64,000 nt of DNA. Source: Acidobacteriota bacterium (lineage in GTDB: Bacteria > Acidobacteriota > Polarisedimenticolia > J045). Shown here in pieces: positions 7,768 through 15,500 of the stretch. Position numbers and translations under genes: made by a program. Under the pieces are notes generated by a model, which was not told the origin of the DNA, made no database searches, and saw nothing but the letters and a program-made list of their open reading frames with translations. Location of the stretch: contig RFHH01000164.1 of the NCBI GenBank assembly GCA_003696075.1, positions 12,749-76,748 on the forward strand. The letters are read 5' to 3'. Numbering within the stretch: position 1 is the stretch's first letter; each line of letters begins with the position of its first letter.

Positions 7768-9816
7768 ATGAAAAAGCTGTGGCCCTTGGCGGCCGGGCTT
7801 TTCGGCCTGGGGTCGGCCGCGGTGTCGGCGCAGACCTATGTGGACGAAGCGCGGACCGTCGCCATCGACGTTCGCCGCGGGGCGGACGAACTGGTGGACT
7901 ACGCCGCCCTCGTGCGGATCGGCCCCTGGGACGACCGCAACTACGACCTGACGCGAGCCGACCTCGCGCTCCTTCCCCCGAACGAGGCGGAGCTGCGCTC
8001 GCCCATCCCCGCCTTCTTCCGGGTGGGATTGCGCCGTGCGCTTCCATCCCTAAGGGGCGATCCGGCGGCGCGCTACCCGCTGAGCGCGTTCAACGCCTTC
8101 CGCCTCAGGTTCGGCGGCTACCTCGTCGACGGCCGGCTCTACACCGAAGCCCACCGGAAAGGCGGCCGTTACTACGTGGTTCTCGAAAAGCCCGCGGCCG
8201 CCGGGCCCACGGGATCCGGGAACGACTTCGTCTCGGGCGACGTCCGGGTGACCTCCCCGGAGGGAGCAGCGGAGTCGGCGATCGCCGTGGATCCCGCCGA
8301 CACCAACCGACTCGTGGCCGGGACCAACGGGCCGAACGGTGGGCAACGCATGCACTACTCGACGGACGGGGGGGCGAGCTGGACACAGGTGGAGCTGCCG
8401 CAAGGCGGAACCTGCTGTGACCCCACCGTCGAGTGGTCTTCGGACGGGCGGTACGCCTACACCGCTACGCTCGGCGGCTGCTTCTTTTTCTGCCGCTTGT
8501 GGTTCTACCGCTCGGACGACGGCGGACTCACCTGGAACGGCCTCGAGAACGTGACGCCGGGGAACCCGCGCCGGGAGATCAGCAACAACGCCGACCGGGA
8601 ATACCTCCACGTCGACCGGTCGGCAGCGTCGCCCTACAAGGACAGCATCTACCTCATGTATCACGAGGGAAACGTGATGCAGTTCGCCCGATCGACCGAT
8701 TTCGGGAACACCTGGTCCACGCTGTCCTTTTCGAACGCGTCGGCCGACCGGGGCATCGCAGGGGACATCGCCACCGACCGCGGGGGAACGATCTACTACG
8801 CCTGGCCCGCCTTCAACAGCCGGACGATCCGCCTCCGCGTGTCGCACGACGGCGGGGCGACTTTCGGACCGGTATCGGTCGTCGCCGACACCAATGCCTC
8901 GTTCTCCTACCCGCTACCGTCGCAGGAGAGCCGCGAGGTCGCCGTCTACCTGGCGATGGATGCCGATACCTCGAGCGGACCCTACACCGACTCGGTCTAC
9001 ATCGCCTGGCCGGACACCACGGCGCCGCCCTCCGGCGTTCCTGCCGACAACCACTCGCAGATCCACGTCGCGTACTCGCGGGACGGTGGCGCCACCTGGC
9101 ACGAGTCGATCCCTCACGAGACGGCCGACGTGCTCACGGTCGACCGGTGGCAGCCATTCCTCGCGGTGGGTCCCGACGGCACCGTGCACGTGATCTACAA
9201 CGACACCCGGATCGGGGACCGGACCAGCTCCGATGTCTTCTACAGCTACTCCACGGACGGGGCTCGGACATGGTCCGCCCCCCGGCGCGTCACGGGGGCG
9301 ACCTCCCCCAACATCGCGGACGGCTTCGAGTTCGGCGACTACTCCGGACTCGACATCGTGATGAACGACTTGATCGCCATCTTCACCGACAACCGGAACG
9401 AGGCGGGCGGCGGGGGGGACTCCATCGACGTCTACGCCTCCGGGATCGCGCCGGGAGGTGGGGGTGGCGGCGCCGGCCGGATACCCGGCGCGCGGGGTGT
9501 CTCCGGAGGCGCCCCGCTCACGGTCGCCCGGAGCGGTGGGGACCTCCAGCTCGACTGGTCGCCCGCCTGCGGCGCCGGTTCCGACTACGGCGTCTACGAG
9601 GGGGAACTCGGCCTTCCAGACAGCGCCGCCCCCGTGCAGTGCACGACGGGAGGCCAGACCTCGGCCACGATCACGCCCTCGATGGGACAGCGGTTCTACC
9701 TCGTCGTGGCCCAGTCCGGTGGCAATGAGGGTTCCTACGGGCGCCGGAGCGACGACACCGAACGCCCACCCGCCGCGAACGCCTGCCTGCCCCAGGCCAT
9801 CGGCACCTGCCCGTAG
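7768..9816 (+). CDS. Secreted BNR/Asp-box repeat protein (sialidase / glycosyl-hydrolase-like) with a C-terminal Cys-containing domain
   Basis: The protein has a signal peptide (MKKLWPLAAGLFGLGSAAVSA) and at least five Asp-box repeats: STDGGASW, SDDGGLTW, SHDGGATF, SRDGGATW and STDGARTW. The C-terminal 100 aa are homologous to the C-terminus of the M23 protein at 13923-15452. Confidence 0.8.
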   Translation: MKKLWPLAAGLFGLGSAAVSAQTYVDEARTVAIDVRRGADELVDYAALVRIGPWDDRNYDLTRADLALLPPNEAELRSPIPAFFRVGLRRALPSLRGDPAARYPLSAFNAFRLRFGGYLVDGRLYTEAHRKGGRYYVVLEKPAAAGPTGSGNDFVSGDVRVTSPEGAAESAIAVDPADTNRLVAGTNGPNGGQRMHYSTDGGASWTQVELPQGGTCCDPTVEWSSDGRYAYTATLGGCFFFCRLWFYRSDDGGLTWNGLENVTPGNPRREISNNADREYLHVDRSAASPYKDSIYLMYHEGNVMQFARSTDFGNTWSTLSFSNASADRGIAGDIATDRGGTIYYAWPAFNSRTIRLRVSHDGGATFGPVSVVADTNASFSYPLPSQESREVAVYLAMDADTSSGPYTDSVYIAWPDTTAPPSGVPADNHSQIHVAYSRDGGATWHESIPHETADVLTVDRWQPFLAVGPDGTVHVIYNDTRIGDRTSSDVFYSYSTDGARTWSAPRRVTGATSPNIADGFEFGDYSGLDIVMNDLIAIFTDNRNEAGGGGDSIDVYASGIAPGGGGGGAGRIPGARGVSGGAPLTVARSGGDLQLDWSPACGAGSDYGVYEGELGLPDSAAPVQCTTGGQTSATITPSMGQRFYLVVAQSGGNEGSYGRRSDDTERPPAANACLPQAIGTCP

Positions 9817-10542
9817 GCCGCCCCGGCGCCGAAGTCGATTCGCAGAGCGATTCCCCCGGGAAGCGGCTCCCACCGCCACCGGAGCCGGGCCGGCGGCGGC
9901 CGCGGCGTGAAGTGGCTGACCTTCCGCCGGGCGTGCGCCTCGCACAGCGCCCGGCCCGCGCCGAGGCCGGCCATCATCCCGAGGAAGGCATCGGGCGCCC
10001 AATGTTTGTCCTGATCGATTCGCTGGTAGGCCGTGAGCGCTGCCCCGGCGTAGAGCAGGCCGAGCGTGCCGCGGCGAATGGCGCGATGGGCGCGGCCTTC
10101 ACCGGCGCGGGGCAGCAGGTATTGGCACCGGAGCGGCCACACGAGCGAAGCCGCGAGCGCGGCGTCTCCGGAGACCCCGTGGCCACCGGCGCGCAGGAAG
10201 CGGATCGCCTCCCCCCTCTCGGGCCTCTCCGTTGCGAGGACGAGTTGGCCGGCACCGGCCAGCATCTGTGAGAGCGCCGCCGACTCCAGCAGAAGCGTTG
10301 CCGTTTCCCGTTCGCGGTCCTCATGGGTTGCGAGCGACGCGGCCCAGGCGGCAGCGGCGCCGAGCGGGGCGACCGCACCTTTTCCCAGCGTCCTCACGTC
10401 AGTCAGAAAGCGCGTGAGTCCCGGGCTCGCGTGATCGCGCGCGAAAGACCGGATCCCGTCACGGGCGAGGTACAGCGCGCCGGTGCCGGCGGCGATCCAC
10501 AGCCAGCGCCGCCGCCGCGCGCGGCCGGGGTGAATCAGCATC
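9735..10542 (-). CDS. Putative PAP2-superfamily (phosphatidic acid phosphatase type 2-like) membrane protein
   Basis: Only the C-terminal 268 aa of the 657-aa track ORF look protein-like. Loose PAP2 motifs are present (RAGGHGVSGD; YQRIDQDKHWAPD). The upstream part is Arg/Pro/Gly junk. The 3' end overlaps the BNR gene by about 80 nt. Confidence 0.4.
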
Positions 10543-11660
10543 GAGGCCAGATCGCGCGCGTCGGCGCGCACCGCCCGGAGTCCGTGCGACGCGTCCGTTC
10601 GCATGGGCGGCGCGTCCGAAAGTCCCGGGAGCGACGCGGCGAGCGCGGCGATCGACGTGGCCACGGCTCGCCCGACGCCGGCGAACGACGGGCGGGGAGG
10701 CGGGCCCCACCGCCGACACGGCCCCTCGGCCCCGCTCCAGCTTGGTGGCGGGCCGCCGATGGCGCCTTTCCGCGTCCCGGCCATCTCGACGATTCCGGCC
10801 GGCGTCTCGCCGCCTCTCCCGCGTGCCGGCGGGCCGATCGTACAGCGAGTCGGCAGCGGAGGCGCCATGCCGGGGACTCCCCCCGGCCGCGTGCGCAACC
10901 CGGCTGCGCCATCGGCGGGCACGCGCACCCGATGATGAGGCGGGTGGTTCAGCGACCACAGCGGATGGCCCCGCCGCTTCCGACACTTCTTCGGCGACAC
11001 CGTGGCCGGCGGCACCCGCGGGCGCCGCCGGATCACGCGGGAACGGACTGGGAGGCCGCTGCTCGAGGAGGGGCGGCCGCGGAAGCCGCCTTCAGGGGCC
11101 GGGCCCATCGGCCGTCGATCCGGCGGACCGCATCGACCGGGGGTGGCAGGGGCGCCGCCCGCCTCGAGGACACTCCGGGTTGCCCCCAAGCGGTCCCACC
11201 GGCCCGCGCGCCGTCGGCCTCGCCTCGGGACGCGCCCGCCGGGAACCGCCCGCGAAGGCGGCAGGAAGGCCGGACGCCCACGGAAGGGATCGAACGTCAG
11301 GCGGAGAGGGCTCGTCCGAGCCCGGCACCCCCTCGTCCAACACGTTGAAACGCGGGTGGTTCGCCGAGTCGAACGTTTGCCGGATGGATCGGCGCGCGGT
11401 GCCGCCGCACACTGCGCGTGGTACCGGACCCTTGAGTCAGGCGGGTGTGGGCCCGTCGGGTTTCGCCCTCGACTCAGCCAGTACCGGCATGCTGCGCTCC
11501 CCAACGTGCCACTGCCCTGGCTCGCGGCTGGCTCGCCCGGGGGGAAGCGGGACGGAGGAGAAGCCTCCGGCCGCTCCGACGGATCGCAGCTCCGGTCGCC
11601 GACGGGCGCCGCACCCGCCGTCGTTCCTTTCCCCTCCTCTGCAACCCTCCCGGAACGAAT

Positions 11661-11683
11661 GACCCGCCCCCCGGGGGCGGGTC
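11661..11683. terminator. Perfect GC-rich hairpin (9-bp stem GACCCGCCC/GGGCGGGTC), candidate terminator downstream of the LuxR gene
   Basis: An inverted repeat lies about 22 nt past the stop of the minus-strand LuxR gene. The U-tract is weak. Confidence 0.3.
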
Positions 11684-11704
11684 CGTCTGTTCGGGAGGGA
11701 TGCC

Positions 11705-12313
11705 TCATCCCCTTCGCTTCCCCTCCCTGCGCTCCGCGGCGCCCGTGCCGGTGGGCGCGGGCGACCGGTCACCGCCCGGCGCCCCCGCTCCTTCGGTGCG
11801 GACCGGAAGGAGGTCCTCGAGGAAGAAGGCCGACAGCTCGGACCGCCCGCTGAGCCCCGCCTTGAGATAGAGGGAGCGGGCTTGCTGGCGCACGGTCCGC
11901 TCGCTCGTGTCGCGCAGGGCCGCGATCTCCTTGTGACTCAACCCCTTGAGAAGGAGCAGCCCGATCTCCATCTCGGCGGGCGTGAGCTTCCAGCGCCGGA
12001 ACTGCCGCTCGATCGCCTCGCCGAGCCCGCGGAGAATCTCCCGGCTCTCCTCGCGCCACCTCCTGGCCTCTTCCCGCGCTGCGTCGAGATCCCGCTCCAG
12101 CAGCCGGGCGGCCTCCCGGGCATCGTCGAGTCGCCGCCAGATCAGCCCGAAGCCGAAGGCGGCCGAAACCATCAGGACCGCCTCCATGAGGACGTGCCAC
12201 TTCGTGACCACCCCCACATACTCCGTCAGCAGGTCGATGGTCACGAGGATGCCGATCAACGCGAAGATCCCGAGGAGGACCGCCGAGGTCCGCCGGTCGC
12301 CGGGTTCAGCCAT
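11705..12313 (-). CDS. Membrane-anchored LuxR-family (HTH) transcriptional regulator
   Basis: Two N-terminal hydrophobic helices (AVLLGIFALIGILVTIDLL; AVLMVSAAFGFGLIW) are followed by a LuxR-type helix-turn-helix (LTPAEMEIGLLLLKGLSHKEIAALRDTSERTVRQQARSLYLK). Confidence 0.8.
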   Translation of the reverse strand: MAEPGDRRTSAVLLGIFALIGILVTIDLLTEYVGVVTKWHVLMEAVLMVSAAFGFGLIWRRLDDAREAARLLERDLDAAREEARRWREESREILRGLGEAIERQFRRWKLTPAEMEIGLLLLKGLSHKEIAALRDTSERTVRQQARSLYLKAGLSGRSELSAFFLEDLLPVRTEGAGAPGGDRSPAPTGTGAAERREGKRRG

Positions 12314-12468
12314 GCCTCGATCGCCCCTTCGCGGCCCTCGTCCCGCGGATGCCGGCCGGGACCCGCCTCCCGTCGCCGCCGCCCGCCCCGCCCGGGGCCC
12401 GCGGGGTCAGGCTAGAACGCGGTCCCGGCGGGCGGCAAGCGCTCCGGGTGTCACACGGAATCGTGCCC

Positions 12469-13014
12469 ATGGCGACCAAGCGAACGGAGCTGGACGGGTG
12501 GACACCGATGCACTCTGACGCGCTGGCCGAGAGGTTGGAGGAACTCCACCCCGACAGCTTCGGCTGGGCCCTGAGCGTTTGCGGCGGGGATCCCGACCTC
12601 GCCGAGGAGGCGCTGCAGATGGCATACCTCAAGATCATCGAAGGCCGCGCGCGCTTCCACGGCCGGTCCAGCCTGAAGACGTGGCTGTTCGCGGTGATCC
12701 GCCACACGGCGCTGGACCTCCTCAGGCGGCGGGGCCGCGAGGCGGCCCGCCTGCGGCCGGTGGCCGCGGAGGCCCCGGGCCGCGGCGACCCGGAAGAGCA
12801 CGCCCTCGCCCGCGAGCGCTCCGATGCGATCCGGCGCGGTCTCGACCGGCTTTCCGACCGGCAGCGCGCCATCCTGCATCTGGTCTTCTACCAGGGGCTC
12901 ACCCTGGACGACGCGGCGCAGGTGCTGGGCATCTCCCCCGGCGCGGCACGCGTGCACTACGCGCGGGCCAAGGCTCGCCTCGCCGACCTGATTCCCTGCG
13001 AGGTGGCACGATGA
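12469..13014 (+). CDS. ECF (sigma-70 family) RNA polymerase sigma factor
   Basis: Region-2 and region-4 motifs are present (LQMAYLKI...TWLFAVIRHTALDLLRRR; LSDRQRAILHLVFYQGLTLDDAAQVLGISPGAARVHYARAK). The ATG at 12469 is an internal Met of the track ORF. Confidence 0.85.
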   Translation: MATKRTELDGWTPMHSDALAERLEELHPDSFGWALSVCGGDPDLAEEALQMAYLKIIEGRARFHGRSSLKTWLFAVIRHTALDLLRRRGREAARLRPVAAEAPGRGDPEEHALARERSDAIRRGLDRLSDRQRAILHLVFYQGLTLDDAAQVLGISPGAARVHYARAKARLADLIPCEVAR

Positions 13015-13400
13015 GCGGACGGGATCTCGAGCGTGAGCTGGAACGCTACTTCGCCGCCGAGCGCGCGGCCGTCCGGGCGCAGGCCCCCCCCTTCTCCCGC
13101 GTGTGGGGCGAGGCGCGAAGGGCGGCGGCGGGTCGGAAGACGTGGAGGGTCGCCGCGGCCCTCGGAGCCCTGGCAGCCGCCGCCGCGGGCTTGGCGATCC
13201 TCGTGACCGGCACGCGGCCGCCCATCGAGGAAGAAGTCGTGCAGCGGGCCCGCCGGCTGTCCGAGTGGGAGGCGCCCACCGACGAGATCTGGAACCTCGG
13301 GAATCTTGCATCTCTCCCCGGGGTTCCCGACCTGAACCTGAGCACGCTGACGTTCGAGCAAACCGCACCGGAGCCGTCGGCGTCGGACGGCGACGCATGA
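13011..13400 (+). CDS. Putative anti-sigma factor (single-pass membrane protein)
   Basis: An ATGA overlap with the sigma-factor stop, and the 129-aa protein has one transmembrane helix (VAAALGALAAAAAGLAILV). This is the typical partner arrangement for an ECF sigma factor. Confidence 0.6.
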   Translation: MSGRDLERELERYFAAERAAVRAQAPPFSRVWGEARRAAAGRKTWRVAAALGALAAAAAGLAILVTGTRPPIEEEVVQRARRLSEWEAPTDEIWNLGNLASLPGVPDLNLSTLTFEQTAPEPSASDGDA

Positions 13401-13444
13401 CCGGGCTCCGGCCCACCCTTCCCCAAGGAAAGGAGGCACGTACG

Positions 13445-13915
13445 ATGAAGCGAACGCTCCTCGTCCTCACCGCCGCGCTGGCGCTGTCCGCGCCGGTGTT
13501 CGCCTTCCCGGGAGGCCCCGGACCGCACGGCGGCCCGCACGGGATGATGGGACCGCACGGTCCCGGAATCGAGCGGTTCCTGTTCCCTCCCGAGATGGTG
13601 CTCCAGAACCAGATCGCGCTCGGCCTGACCGACGAGCAGCTCGAGGCGATCAAGAAGATGATCAACGAGACCCACTCCCAGGTGCTCGACTATCAGACCG
13701 AACTCCAGCGGCTCAGCGAGCAGCTCCGGGGGATCCTCGATTCCCCGACGGTCGACGAAGCCGCAGCGCTCGAGACGGCGGGCCGGGCGATGCAGCTCGA
13801 GTCCGAGGTGAAAAAGGCGCATCTGTCGCTGGCCATCAGGATCAAGAATCTCCTGACGCCCGAGCAGCAGGAGAAGCTGCGCGCGATGCGGAAGCCGCCG
13901 CACCCGGAGCGGTAG
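13445..13915 (+). CDS. Periplasmic Spy/CpxP-like (LTxxQ-motif) stress protein
   Basis: The gene has a strong Shine-Dalgarno sequence (AAGGAAAGGAGG) and a signal peptide (MKRTLLVLTAALALSAPVFA), and the protein contains the motifs LTDEQLEAIKKM and LLTPEQQEKLRAM. Confidence 0.7.
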   Translation: MKRTLLVLTAALALSAPVFAFPGGPGPHGGPHGMMGPHGPGIERFLFPPEMVLQNQIALGLTDEQLEAIKKMINETHSQVLDYQTELQRLSEQLRGILDSPTVDEAAALETAGRAMQLESEVKKAHLSLAIRIKNLLTPEQQEKLRAMRKPPHPER

Positions 13916-13922
13916 GATCCCG

Positions 13923-15452
13923 GTGACGGTCCGTTCCGGTTCCGGACTGCTGTTCGCCGCGGCGGTCCTCTTGGGGCCGGCGGCCGCCCTCCCCGCGGCC
14001 GCCGGCCCGTCTTCGTTCCGCCTTCTCTGCGGGCGCCCGCCGGACGGCCACAGCGGGGGCAGCGACGGGCCGGCCGCTCCGCTCGAACCGCTCGACCCGG
14101 CGGAGAGGACGCGGTTCGAGGAACGGGTCCGGAGAAACGTCGCGCGCCTGCGCGCCGAGGGACGCCTCGAGGCGGCGTCGGCCGGCCAACCGGTCCTCTT
14201 CTCCTGGCCGCTGGCGCTCGCCCGCGGACTCTCCGACCCCGGCTACCACGGCGTTTCGGGGTTCGTGGACCACGATCCGTCTTTCCCCGATGCCCTGTTG
14301 GACTACGAATGCGGAGACAGGACCTACGACACCGCGGGCGGCTACAACCACCGCGGGACCGATTACTTTCCGTCTCCGCACGGCTGGTACAAGATGGAGC
14401 ACGAGCATGTGCTCGTGGTTGCAGCGGCGGACGGCCAGATCGTCGTCCGCGAGGACGGCCACGAGGACCACAACTGCCAGGGAGGCGGCACCTGGAACGC
14501 GATCGTGCTCCGCCATGCGGACGGCAGCGAGAGCTGGTACGGACACCTGAAGAAGGGGTCTCTCACGCCAAAGCAGGTCGGGGGTACGGTCGCGGAGGGG
14601 GAGTATCTGGGGGTCATCGGCAGTTCGGGCAACTCCAGCGGTCCTCACCTCCACTTCGAGGTCCACGATTCGACCGGGAAGGTCGTCGATCCTTACTCAG
14701 GTCCCTGCAACAACGCGCCATCGCGCTGGCAGGACCAGCGCCCGTACGACGACTCGGCACTCAACAAGATCACCACTGGTGATGCCGCGCCGGAAAAGCC
14801 GCCGTGCCCGGGCGTCGAGAACCCCCACGCCCGGGCGACGTTCCCCATCCCGGCGACCATCTACTTCACCGCCTACTACCGGGATCAGCTCGCGGGGCAG
14901 GTCTCCCACTACACCATCCGCCGTCCCGACGGCAGCGTCTTCGCCGAGTGGGATCACAGCAGCCCCGCCCCTCACCTCGCGTCCTCTCACTGGACCTGGT
15001 TCTGGCATATCGGCACCGACGAGCCCGCGGGACGCTGGCGCTTCGAGGTGACCTATCTCGGGAGGACGCTCGCGCGCGAGTTCGTCCGCGGTAGCCCTGT
15101 CGCGAGCGGCCGTGTCCCCCAATTCCCGGTCCAGGGAGCGCTGCTGGAGGTTTCGCGCGCCGCCGGCGGCCGGCTGAGACTGACCTGGGGACCCTCCTGC
15201 GTCGCCTCCGACGACGACTTCGCCGTCTATGAGGGCCGGCTTGGCGATTTCCAAAGCCACCGGCCGGTCCTGTGCAGCACGGGCGGTCAGCGGAGCGCCT
15301 CGATCACTCCCGCCCTCGGGTCGACCTACTACCTCGTCGCTCCCCGCAACGCCGAACGGGAGGGGTCGCTGGGAGTCACCGGGGATGAGACACCGCGCGC
15401 GGAGGGGGCCGGCCGTTGCCTGCCGCGCGACGTGATTGCGTGTCCCTATTGA
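13923..15452 (+). CDS. Secreted M23-family (LytM-like) metallopeptidase with a C-terminal Cys-containing domain
   Basis: The gene starts with GTG and encodes a signal peptide. M23 motifs are present (HRGTDYF...; GVIGSSGNSSGPHLHFEVHD). The C-terminal 105 aa are homologous to the C-terminus of the BNR protein. Confidence 0.8.
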   Translation: MTVRSGSGLLFAAAVLLGPAAALPAAAGPSSFRLLCGRPPDGHSGGSDGPAAPLEPLDPAERTRFEERVRRNVARLRAEGRLEAASAGQPVLFSWPLALARGLSDPGYHGVSGFVDHDPSFPDALLDYECGDRTYDTAGGYNHRGTDYFPSPHGWYKMEHEHVLVVAAADGQIVVREDGHEDHNCQGGGTWNAIVLRHADGSESWYGHLKKGSLTPKQVGGTVAEGEYLGVIGSSGNSSGPHLHFEVHDSTGKVVDPYSGPCNNAPSRWQDQRPYDDSALNKITTGDAAPEKPPCPGVENPHARATFPIPATIYFTAYYRDQLAGQVSHYTIRRPDGSVFAEWDHSSPAPHLASSHWTWFWHIGTDEPAGRWRFEVTYLGRTLAREFVRGSPVASGRVPQFPVQGALLEVSRAAGGRLRLTWGPSCVASDDDFAVYEGRLGDFQSHRPVLCSTGGQRSASITPALGSTYYLVAPRNAEREGSLGVTGDETPRAEGAGRCLPRDVIACPY

Positions 15453-15500
15453 AGACCGGGGGTGCGGGAGCCGGGTGATCCCGGCTCCCGCGCCCGATCG

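Noticed and set aside
3848-8047. A 1399-aa minus-strand ORF suggesting one giant protein
   Set aside because: Only the C-terminal 951 aa, from MSVRPTDGG at 6703, carry 2Fe-2S and Mo-binding domains. The N-terminal 447 aa are Arg/Pro/Gly-rich run-on through the FAD-subunit gene, which is encoded in another frame and ends with an ATGA overlap.
10323-11853. ORFs 10323-11348(+) and 11002-11853(+) as possible genes filling the 10.5-11.7 kb gap
   Set aside because: Their translations are low-complexity (RRGPGGSGAERG...) with no family signatures, so they are not called as genes. The interval is left as unexplained, as recorded in the findings.
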